DNA from: Vicugna vicugna
Lineage: Eukaryota
NCBI GenBank assembly: GCA_013265495.1
Contig: MU063753.1
Coordinates: 1,345,737-1,409,736 of the forward strand
Direction of reading: 5' to 3'
DNA: 64,000 bases
The stretch's first letter is position 1. Every line of letters begins with the position of its first letter. Shown here piece by piece: positions 51,305 through 61,609 of this stretch. The position numbers and the translations under genes are program-made. The notes under the pieces are model-generated. The model searched no databases. It saw nothing but the letters and a program-made list of their open reading frames with translations, and had not been told where the DNA came from.

Positions 51305-54095
51305 CCTGAACAAAATAGGCATAAGAGGGTTTAACAACTAAATAGAGTCATTGTCTCCAGCTCAGTCTCAAGACACTGCAGTGCCCAGTAAGGACAAATG
51401 GCAGGCTCATGTGTGCAACAGTATGACAGACTCACAGCTTCTGCCTGCTGTGGGTCATGGGATGCTGTGGACCAGTCAGAGCCTCAGGTCTTTACCCTTC
51501 TTTCCTCCCTTGCCCATCTCAGTCTCCCAAAACCCTGGGTACTCCTTCCCTGATGATTCATTGCCTCTTGAGGCATTAATATGTCCATTCCAGGTTACTT
51601 TAAGTACTCCTTCTGGGAAGATTTCTTATTTTACCAATCCCTTCTCTCACCTTTCAAATACGACTAATCTGTATTCTAGGTGGGGCTTGTTAAATGATTC
51701 AAATAACACTAATCACTTACTGAGCACTTAAGATTGCTGACCTCAACCCAAAGAAGCAGGTACTATGATTTACACTTGTTTTACCGATGTGAAAATGGGC
51801 TGGGAAAGGTTAATAACGTGTCTAAGGTCACACAGCTGGAAAAGGCAGAGACAGATTTGGAACTGAGATCTGTTGGATGCAGGAGGCTACCTAACCATAT
51901 GGCTTCCCACAAGTTTAGAGGAGATCCAACACTTACTTCCTGGGGACCTTCTTGACCCCTCACCTGATTAGAGCCTTAAGAACATATTTAAATTTCCTCG
52001 CCAAAAGAATGGTAATGTTAATACAGTTGATCCCTTTGGCTGCCTTTCTAAATAAAGACATTAAGAAGAGCTGTCCACTGAGCTTAAAGTAGAAATGTCT
52101 ACATCCCAACGGGACTTTAGCTGACACATTTAGCCACCTCCTCAGTCATGCAGTCATCAATCACCTCCCAGATGGTTCTCTTATCCTTAGAGTCCTCTCG
52201 CACACTCCCTCCTGTCACCTTCCAGATCAACGAAGCCACCCCGTCCCCCCTTCTCCTTCTAAAGTACACGTATTCTGAAATATCCTGACCCCAGGGGCAC
52301 TTAAGACAAAATAGCACATCTAAGATAGTTCAACCTGTCTCAGTGCCCCAGAATAGCTGCCGGTAGGAGCAGGAGTTAAGCACTTGGTCTGGCCTTTGAT
52401 TATTTAACAGAGAGGGTGGCCTTTTCTTTTCCACTCCAAGCAAGTGTGGCTTCTCAGCTGTCCCTTATTGTCCAGGCCCACATCCCTGAGCTGGGCACGT
52501 AGTCCCTTAGGTGTACTATTCAGAGAGGCAAACCTAATTTCTGGAAATCGTTCTCTGAAATCCAGGAATAAACTCCTGGCTATTTTCAGACAAAGACAGA
52601 GGTAGGAGTCTGCAGAAGTGAGCTAAGAAGGAGCTTAAAATACTTCACATTCCAGAAACACCCTCCCTTCCCCCCAGGAGATGGCTTTATTCCCACTCCT
52701 TTCTCAGCAGAGTCGGACTCAAAGGAGCTGAAGCTTAGAGTCAGGCAGTTGGTACTAGGCGTCTGGGCTCAGACAAACGACTTAAATGTCTCTGAGCTTC
52801 AGATTGCTCACCTGTGAAATGGGGCTGACACCATCCTGTTCTCTAGGTTATTGTGAGAATTCAGCTACATAAAACTGCATCGGCATTAGTCCCTGTACCT
52901 AGGAGTCCCATGATTTTATTGAGGACTCACAAATTCTTTCAAAGTCTACTAAAGGGAGAGAAGCCCTACAAATTAGTTTCTGGATCAGAGGCCTCAAAAA
53001 AGAAGGATGAACACAGTGGGAACAGTGACTATAACTAAAAGAGGGAAGTGGAGTTTTAAGAAAAGAATCCCAGTAATTCGTCTGTTTTTATCAAACAGCT
53101 ACTTATGACCTGGGCTTGGTGACCTAGGGGCAGTGGGGGTTTACATGACAGGAGAATGGGTTTGGAATTCTGACTTTGTTCTGTGACCTTGAGCAAGAAA
53201 CCTCTCTGGGCTCCAGCATCAAGCGGCAAATATTGCTTACTTACCAGGTTGTGCCGAGGGGCACTTTGCAGATGTGAGGAATTTATAGTAGCTTTCGGAC
53301 TCACCTCTGGCTTCATGAGTGTAGGTGGGCAATACCCACCCAGATCTCAGCTAGAAGGCAGGATTAGCTGAGGCAAAGTGGCCTGCTCCCACCGTGATGC
53401 TCATAGCCTTTCTGAACAGCAACTGTTTTCCTTTCACAGTCCCAGAAGGGGCCTCTCTGGGGCAGGACTAACCTCCCCAGCTCACAAATGCAGAGTGGCT
53501 GGTCATGGAACATTTGCTCCACTTCATCCCAGTAAGTGGCAGGCAGAGTGGCCCCAAGGAGAGACAGTCTCAGCAAGCAGTTAAATGATGACATTCCATG
53601 TTTACTTCCTCCACCCACCCCATGCTAACAAAACAAGCTGATCATTATTATGCAGTGGTTAAGACTTCTGGCTCTGGAGATAGGCAGGGCTGGTTTCAAA
53701 TCCCAACTCATTTACTTACTAGCTGTATAATGTTGGGCAATTATGTTTCACTCTCAGAACCTCAGTTCCCTCTTCTGTAGCCCTGGCACGTGGTTGGTGT
53801 GGCATAATGTGTAGGAAGGAGCAGGGTGCTTAAATGTAGGTGGTGCTCCATCAGGAATGGCTATTATTAAATTCTCCCCTCTTGCATTTATGGCAAGTTT
53901 ATGAGAACTACGGGAGGGAAAGGGAGCAATCATTTGCCTTTATTAGTCAAGGGAAAAAGAAAAAAAATCACGTTACACCACAAATTCTCATAAAATTTAA
54001 AAAAAAAACGTATCCTGCAAATACCACTAAGGTAAAAAGAGTACCACCCTAGAGGATTTAGGGCTTTATAGCTTTATAGTTTAGAAAGTGGGTTT

Positions 54096-54192
54096 GTTTG
54101 TTTGTTTGTTTTTAATGGAGATACTGCGGATTGAACCTAGGACTTTGTGCATGCTAAGCATATGCTCTACCACTGAGCCATTTCCCTCCCCC
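54096..54192 (-). mobile_element. tRNA-Ala-derived SINE, copy g
   Basis: GGGGGAGGGAAATGGCTCAGTGGTAGAGC...GGTTCAATCCGCAGT followed by a (CAAA)n tail. Confidence 0.85.
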
Positions 54193-54712
54193 TCTTTTTT
54201 AAATTTTTGTTTTATTTTACTTTTTAGAAAGCGAGTTTAAAGTCTATTACTTCATTTAATGCTTGCCAATTCCCCATGAAGTAGCATTTAGCCCCATTTT
54301 ACAGATAAGGAAACTAGGGCTTTTAGCTTTTGGGTAAAGCTAAAAGGCACAGGACAAGTAAATGGTGGAACCAGGATTTCAAGTCTTCTAGAGAGCAAAT
54401 TCAGCATTCTGCAATTCACAAGAGAATTTCGTGTTCACCAACTACTGAACCTACATTGTTTAGACGTGTCTAAAGTGGCATTTCAGGAACCCAAAGTGGA
54501 GTGACCAGGTTAGCAACGTGGTTACAGATCACTTGTGGCTACCCTGAAGTAGTTTTCCTTGGCTTCGNNNNNNNNNNNNNNNNNNNNNNNNNNNNNNNNN
54601 NNNNNNNNNNNNNNNNNNNNNNNNNNNNNNNNNNNNNNNNNNNNNNNNNNNNNNNNNNNNNNNNNNNNNNNNNNNNNNNNNNNNNNNNNNNNNNNNNNNN
54701 NNNNNNNNNNNN

Positions 54713-56543
54713 ATAAATCAGACTCTTGCAACAGGAGAATTGCCCCAGAGTTTTTTTTCTTGTACAAAAACAATTAACACCACTTTGCAAAAGGCATACA
54801 AAAATACAGTATTAAAAAAAAAAATGGACTGCTCCCAGCATAATATCCAACAGCAGCTTATAAAACAAGCTTTTCAGGTGAGACAGCCGTAACCTACATC
54901 CCACTTGCTGTCCAAAGGCAGTTCCAGAAGTCAGGTGGCTCCCAAAAACCATGCTCCAGAAGGTAGGGAGGCTTTCCCAAAACTTCCACAGGGCTTCTCT
55001 GAGGCCGGGAAGCAATCTCAGGAACAGACCATCGTGCATAATAGGTTTAGAAGTAGCAGCTGGCTCTCCAGAGCCACAAATAGCACTCTACCCTCCTCCC
55101 CTCCTCCACTTTCAAACCAGTAGGCACCTGCTGCCCTGGGCAGAGTTCTGGAAGGGCTGGTCCTTCTTTCTGGACAGGCTTAGGGGCCCCTGAGGTTGCC
55201 CACCCGACACCTGTTGGGTTGGGTGCCTTTCTCAGACGGGAGGCTGCACCTGGATTCCACTTGGAGGTGCTGAGTCCAGCTGGGGCAAAATCCATCATGG
55301 TCCACTAAGCAGAGCTCCTGGAAGCTCCTTTAAAGCCCACAGGAAGCTAGTCCACCTTTTGGAGCACTGGATGAGTCCCAGCAGCTCTTCCCAGTAAGAA
55401 CTTCAGTAAGGCCCAGATTCTGGGAAAGCGATCTGCCTCATGTCAGGCTGGCAGAGGGCCCAAGGGTGGCTGCAGAGCCAGCAAGCTCCTTGGAGTTGCA
55501 TGAAAAGGACAGGTTTGCATGGTCTTAATAGAACTTCAAACTTATGAGTCAGATTGAGATGACAGGGAGGTGGGAAAGAGGAAGTGGTACAGTTCTCCCT
55601 CCTGAGATGTGGGACATTTGCCTTGAGAAGATTCCAAAATGGAAAACACCTGGGCAGGGAACACGTTCACAGCCAGGACTCTAAGCCTTTCCCAGGCTAC
55701 AGGCTGGGACCCTGTTCCCTGTGTCCTGGGGAAATATTTCTGACCTGTGGGAAAGGGGTGCTGTAGAACCCATTGCATAACAAAGGCAGAAGGAAACAAA
55801 AAAGTCCCTTGTGAGCAAAGAATGGTCTCAGCCTCAGAGGAAAAGGCCCAGAGGGCTTTGAGACGAAGAATTTAGAGGCCAAGCTCTTTAGATGTTCTCG
55901 AGGTTGCAGTGTGGAGAGTGGGAGGAGGGGTGTCATCTAACATCATAATATATATATTAAAGGTTTCCAACTCCTCAGCTACTGTAAAGTGTCTGACAGT
56001 GAGGTAATGGTCCATGTTGATCTGAGTCTGCGAGCTCATCTTCACCCAAGACAGCTCGTATGTCTCCTGGAAAAAGGAGCCTTGGGGAGAGCGTCCAGGC
56101 CCAGCTGTCCTAGCATCACCCCAGAGACACCAGTGGGAGCATCCTTTCCCAGCCTAAAGCTCATCCGGAGTGTGAGATTTCATGCAGGCTGGAGCCCCCC
56201 GACAACGTCCACCACCTGTTGCATAGCATCTGTCAGGCTTTTCTTCAGAGTTAGTGAGCTAGGCAGACCCTAGGGCTCCTCAGTCAGCTGCCTGCCTGAG
56301 AAGCCAAAGGCGCCAGAGAAGCCACAGCGCTCCCATGAGTCAGGGCAGAGGGAGAGCCAGGTTGCAAGCTTTCCAAGAATGCAAGCCTTTGTTGTGTGTG
56401 CATCGGCTGCAATGCATTCTGGGATCTACTGTCCAGGAGGTCCCACCGTAACCAAAATGTGCAAATTTCTAAAGGGGGAGCGGGGAGGTTAAAAAACAGA
56501 CTTGGGTCTTTGTTAAGCCAGAGCAGTTAGGCTTTTTGGTCAG
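54713..56543 (-). other. MYCL: MYCL 3' UTR (continues into the N gap at 54568-54712)
   Basis: Follows the TAA stop. The distal part is U-rich (TTTTTGTACAAG...GTCTGATTTAT), as in the recalled MYCL mRNA end, and I noticed no AATAAA before the gap. Confidence 0.75.
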
Positions 56544-57142
56544 TTAGTAGCCACTGAGGTACGCAATTCTTTTCTGCAGTTGCTGCTGCCGACACCGGAG
56601 CTGCCTTTTCTCCGTGGCCATCCTCTTCTCTGCCCCTACTAGGGCTTGCAAGTATTCCAAGGCCTTGCTCAGGATCACTACTTTGGGGGCCTTGGAGCAG
56701 CTGGCCAGGGTGGGTACCTGGTCCCTCAGGGCCAAGAACCTGGAACGGAGGTCATTTCGCCTCTTGCGTTCCAGGAAGTTATGGTTCTTTCTCTTGGTCA
56801 CATCTTCGGTGTCAGAACTGACAGGTTTGGGGTGGCAGGGCTGGGGAGGCTCGCTTTCTTCTGGCGGGGGGCTCACAATTTCTTCATCTGCCTCATCTTC
56901 CTTTTCCTCTGGTGCCTCTCTCTCCAGAGCCTCTTCTTGGGTACCTCTCTCTTGAGCCTCTCCTTGGGAGCAGCTTTCTGGAGGAAAACGGGCAGCATAG
57001 TTGTGCTGTTGCTGATGGATAGAGATGTGGAAGTGTTTCATGCAGGGGTCCAAAGGGTCTGCTCGCACTGTGATTGTAACTGGCTTCCGTACACCCAGGG
57101 ACTGTCTCTTCTCCACTGTCACAACGTCGATCTCTTCACCCT
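56544..57142 (-). CDS. MYCL: MYCL exon 3 CDS (MBIIIb EEIDVVTVE, MBIV HQQQHNYAA, bHLH-LZ KRKNHNFLERKRR...AYLSGY*)
   Basis: ttggacag|AGGGTG acceptor, 599 nt. Together with the 496 nt of exon 2 this gives 1095 nt = 364 aa. Confidence 0.98.
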
Positions 57143-58763
57143 CTGTCCAAGAAGGGAGATCAACAGAAGAAACACACCCCATGAGAAACGCATACATCGT
57201 ATGTTGGAGCTTGAGAAAAGAGGTGACATTTTCCCAATTTAGACATAAACAAATTGAAGCCAACTGATTCATTTGTAATGAGGGTAAGGGCAGTGTGAAG
57301 GAAAGGCGGGGAAATAAGAAGGAAAATATTCTCCAATTTCCTTTGCAAAGCAAGGCTTAGATAAGAACAAAAGGCAGACCTAAGCCAACAGCCCCCAGTC
57401 TGCACAGGCTCTCCCTTCCCCCACTGAGGGGATGGAGAGAAAGNNNNNNNNNNNNNNNNNNNNNNNNNNNNNNNNNNNNNNNNNNNNNNNNNNNNNNNNN
57501 NNNNNNNNNNNNNNNNNNNNNNNNNNNNNNNNNNNNNNNNNNNNNNNNNNNNNNNNNNNNNNNNNNNNNNNNNNNNNNNNNNNNNNNNNNNNNNNNNNNN
57601 NNNNNNNNNNNNNNNNNNNNNNNNNNNNNNNNNNNNNNNNNNNNNNNNNNNNNNNNNNNNNNNNNNNNNNNNNNNNNNNNNNNNNNNNNNNNNNCAGAGG
57701 GGAAGGAAAGGGTTTCCCTTAGGAGCATTTTTGCTCCTGGATTCAGTGGGTTTCTAAAGTCATCCATCATTTATAGGTCGCCTGCCCCACCCCCTTCCCT
57801 GGACAAGAAGAGGGCTGGATTTGTCACCACAGGTCGGCAAAAGCTGCAGGAACTTCACAAATGTATAAGCATCCGTTACCAAGCTACCTGTGCCGAGGGC
57901 AGGAACTGAGCAACAGGGGGAATGTCTCAATGCAAGGGCCAAAACACCAGAGACACCAGGACATGCGCCTATCATTCCCTCACTGTAAGGTCTCTTAGGT
58001 TACCCCAACCAGGAGAGGGACAATTAGGGGAGTACCTTCCTGCTCCACACATTTTGCAGCCCCCGCATAGAAAGCCACCTTAATGGATTCAGCCTAACAA
58101 CACAAGAGCTCAGTTTCTCGGCCTCTTTTGCATGTCAGGATGCTTGAGCCCCTTTGTCAGGGAGGCTTCCATTGTGTGGACAATCGCATTATTTCTCCAT
58201 TAATAAAACCTGACCATTCAGCCCTCCTGGCCCCAAGGCCCGTGATTGGCTGGCTAAGCCGTGTTTGGAATGCTGTCTTACCGAGCCTCTAGCCCCTATT
58301 GGCTGAGCTTTGCCGTCAGTCACTCTCCCCACCCCCCTCATTGTTTGCAATCTGTTGCATTTTGTTCTGGGCCATGTGGCCTGTGAGTGAACCAGGAGCT
58401 TGCAAACAGGTTCAGGTTAAAGGGCAGGTCAGAAACTGATTCAGGAGGCTTCCCCACATCCCAAACTAAGTATTTCAGTGTTAAAGCTTTTGGTTGGGGA
58501 AGGCTCTGCCTAAGCAAGAAATAATCTAAGACATCATTCCTCATTTTCAGAGTAGTGTCTAACTCTACCTAGACAAGGAAATGTCCTCGGCTAGACAATC
58601 AAGTCTAACTTCCTCATGTGCAAAGGGAGAAACTGAAACCCAGATAAGCGAAGTCCACACACCACTGTTGTAACGTTTGGAGTCTCAAGCTAAGAGCTCC
58701 AAACTCCCAAAACAATGCTTTTTCCCCACTCTATCACTCCATCAGCCTTTGGAGAGATACATC

Positions 58764-58769
58764 TTTATT
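58764..58769 (-). terminator. MYCL: Candidate intronic poly(A) signal for the short MYCL transcript
   Basis: AATAAA on the minus strand about 1.3 kb into intron 2, followed by TTGTTTTGGGAGTTTGG near 58700-58716. Confidence 0.55.
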
Positions 58770-60076
58770 GGTTTCTTGATCTCAAAGTTCCCATTCCAGC
58801 AATTAAACAAACACAAGTTTTTGGTGTAGAAAGCAAGCAGGTTAAAAATGACCTTAACACAGTGGACCGAAAAAATTGACTTTAATTTTTCTTGTTACCC
58901 TTATTTTCCCCCAAGTGTATGACAGCTTCAATACCCCATTACCCAGTTCCCTCTAAATGGTCACATAAAGTTCTTAAAAGCTACAGTGAGTTTTCTGTCC
59001 TGATTTACCTGATGCTAGCCTCAGTTTGCACCCTATAAAAGCACCCTTTCCCGTACTTCTCGTGGGTACCTCCAAGAAGAGGTTAGGATAAGAACAACAT
59101 AATCTGTTGACACAGGATGCTGCAATCTACCCTCAGTGAGGTTTACACTTGCATTCAAGGATGAGGGAGGGGAGCCTAGAGCTCCATATCTTGATCCCAA
59201 TTCCAAGCCCAGAGCTTGGCACAAAGTAGGAGCCAGTGACATTTGTTGAATAAAGGAAACAGCTAAAAGCCCTCAGATGAATTGAGAGGGAGATAGAGGA
59301 ACACCTTCCCACCTCAGGCCAAAGTAAAAAGGTAAGATGTAGCCCTTCTCAGATAAGCTACCATGAAGACCTTCTAAACATCAAGGAAGAAGTGCCTGAG
59401 TGGGATGGAGGACTGGGCAAAAGATGCTGGCTGAATGGCAGGAACCTGGGTTTCACTGCTGGTAATTTCTTATTTCTAAGCCTCATTTTTTCCATCTGTC
59501 AATGGGAAGCAGCCATTTCTCTGCTATCTGTCTCACTGGTGATGGTGTGGATGCACAATTGGTGAGGGGTGCAAGAGGAGCCATTATTGTCATTTTAAAG
59601 GAAAGCAGGCAGGAAACCAGGTTTTTAAAAGGATAAAGGCTTTGGCTTTGCACAAAAAACTCCTCAGCTTCTTCTCTCCCTCGGGGAGTGAGTTTCCCAG
59701 GGAAAGAAACAGCAACAAAAAAATTCAAGCCTGGAGTGACCCTTAAGGGACATTTTCAGTCTCCGGAGGGCAGAAATCCCCTACAGTCCAATCCCAGTAT
59801 TGTCCTCTCCAGGCGCCAAGCCTCACCCTGTCTCCCTTGTCCCCTGGGGCTCCAATCATTATCAAAGGGACGCTGGCTCCCACGCCACTTCTTCAAACTG
59901 TTTACTAACACACCCACGTGCCAGACAGACACCGCTGGGGGCTATACCGGCAGCTTCAGCCAAAGGAAGGGGGAGGTGGCGGAAGGGCTTGCGCAGACCC
60001 AGTGCCTGACCTCAGCGGCAGAGGTTTGGCCACCCATAGGGTGCCCCCCTCTGGAATGGCCAGGGGCGGTCCTTAC

Positions 60077-60572
60077 CCGAGTCGCTTGGGCTCTCGGACC
60101 CCGAGCAGGTCTGGGTCTTGGGCTCGCCCAGCGGACAGGGGGCAGCGGGCGCCGGGTTGCCGGCTTCGAGGCTGGGAGCGCAGTCCGGGGCGGCGGGCGC
60201 CTTGGACGGGTTCCCCCGGGGCGCGCCAGCGGCGAGCCGGTCGCTCACCGCTCTCTCCAGCCGTTCCCGGGCCGAGAAGCCGCTCCACATGCAGTCGCGG
60301 CGGATGATGGAGGCGTAGTTCCTGCCCCAAGCTTTCGAGTAACCCCGGGATTCTGCCTCATCCCCGACGCCCCCTCCGGGCCACGGCTCCGGGGAACCAA
60401 TTCCAGGGGCCGGGTCCCCAGCGCCAGGACTGGAGCCCCAAGGCGGCGAAGTGGGGGGCGACGGCACCAGCTCGAATTTCTTCCAGATGTCCTCGCTGGG
60501 CGCCGTGGAGCGGTAGAAATCCTCCCCGCAGTCATAGTCATAGAAATAGTGCTGGTACGAATCGAAGTCCAT
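60077..60572 (-). CDS. MYCL: MYCL exon 2 CDS ([11 protein letters not shown]; [22 protein letters not shown]; [15 protein letters not shown]). The exon starts at 60581.
   Basis: ctcccgcag|GGAGAGGACATGG acceptor with strong Kozak context; TCGG|gtaagg donor at 60071-60076. Confidence 0.98.
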
Positions 60573-60938
60573 GTCCTCTCCCTGCGGGAGGGAAGAAGGA
60601 CGTGCTGACCGGGCTGCGGGCCCAGGGAGGGAAGCGTCCCCCGATTCCCCAGCACAGCGGGCTGCCAGGCTCTAGTCCCTCCCCGTCTCTCGGCTGGGAG
60701 CCCGTGCCCTTCCCTCGCGTCCGGGGCAGCGCAGCCCCGGGTCAGCGTGCCCAAGTAAGCAGCTCACAGAGCGCGGACTAGGCTGCAGGGAGCGAGTTCA
60801 AAGCAAACTTTGCCAGCGCCGCCCGGAGCGCAGCTCCCGGGGCCCGGCCGGGCCAGGCGGGGGCGCGCTGTGCCCAGAAGGCAGCCTGCAGTCCGCCCCC
60901 CGGGACCGCGCCTGTCCCCCGGCCGCCCGCAGCCTCAC

Positions 60939-61019
60939 CTCGCTCCCGCCGCCCGCCACCTGGAGCGGACCGGCTCCCCGCCGGCTCGGGGTAGCCCGGC
61001 AGCCTGCACACATACACAT
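60939..61019 (-). CDS. MYCL: MYCL exon 1 coding part of an N-terminally extended isoform (MCMCAGCRATPSRRGAGPLQVAGGGSE; 394 aa in total)
   Basis: ATG at 61019 and CGAG|gtgagg donor. The 81 nt plus GGA GAG GAC join in frame to the exon-2 ATG. Resembles the recalled human long isoform N-terminus MCVCAGCRAAPSRRGAGPLQVAGG. Confidence 0.75.
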
Positions 61020-61134
61020 GCGCGCCAACGAGCGCGCGGCCCGCACTCAGGAGCTCGCCCCGCGCGCGCGCGCTCCCGCCCTCGCTCGCGCACGGCAACC
61101 GGGACGTTCCCGGGAGCCGCGCGGGAGCGCGAGA

Positions 61135-61245
61135 TGCAGGCGCATTGTTTCCCGGCTGCCTTATATCTCGTCGCGCGCCCTAGGCTCAGGGACCGGGGGC
61201 GGGCCCTACGGGACAAGACCCGCCCCGCCCCCGCCCCTCCCGGTC
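61135..61245 (-). promoter_or_regulatory. MYCL: MYCL core promoter: TATA-like GATATAAGG (61159-61167) and clustered GC boxes within a CpG island (about 59990-61700)
   Basis: Motifs read directly, upstream of exon 1; very high GC and CpG content. Confidence 0.75.
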
Positions 61246-61593
61246 GACAGGTGGGGACAGTGGAGTCTCAGCCCCACCCCTCCTGGCTACTCTCTCCCGC
61301 TCTATTCTACCTGCACCCCTCAAAATGAATTGCCCACTGGGGAGCGCAGAGCAGGCGGTGAGCTGATGCAGCCCGGCAGTCGCCTGGTTGGGGCGTGAAT
61401 CTGGCGAGGCCCGGGTGGTCCCCTGGAGGCCAAACGACAACCGCGCTCCCTGCAGATTCTGGGCTGGGGAAGAGAACTACTCCCCGCCCCCTCCCGCCCC
61501 GCCCCGCCAGCCTCCTTCCCCGGGCTCGCAGCGCTTAGTTCAGGTGCGTCTGGCCCGCGGTGGGGTGAGGTGGAGGAGCAGCCGCACCTCACC

Positions 61594-61609
61594 GCGCCAC
61601 CTGGTGGCC
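61594..61609 (-). promoter_or_regulatory. CTCF consensus site GGCCACCAGGTGGCGC upstream of MYCL
   Basis: Exact match to the CCASYAGRKGGCRS core on the minus strand. Confidence 0.75.

Noticed and set aside
56000-56006. let-7 7mer-A1 seed match (TACCTCA) in the MYCL 3' UTR
   Set aside because: A single 7-mer in a 1.9-kb UTR is near chance level and cannot be supported without conservation data.
56646-57242. 198-aa antisense ORF over MYCL exon 3
   Set aside because: Mirror frame of the MYCL CDS; a shadow ORF.
59688-60608. 306-codon antisense ORF over MYCL exon 2 and intron 2 (NCYM-like de novo gene?)
   Set aside because: It starts at GTG with no internal Met. It is codon-aligned (mirror frame) with the GC-rich MYCL CDS, which explains the lack of stops over its exon-2 half. 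No other coding evidence.
61047-61145. 32-aa uORF from the ATG at 61145 in MYCL
   Set aside because: The ATG is only about 15 nt downstream of the TATA-like box, so it probably lies at or upstream of the cap site.
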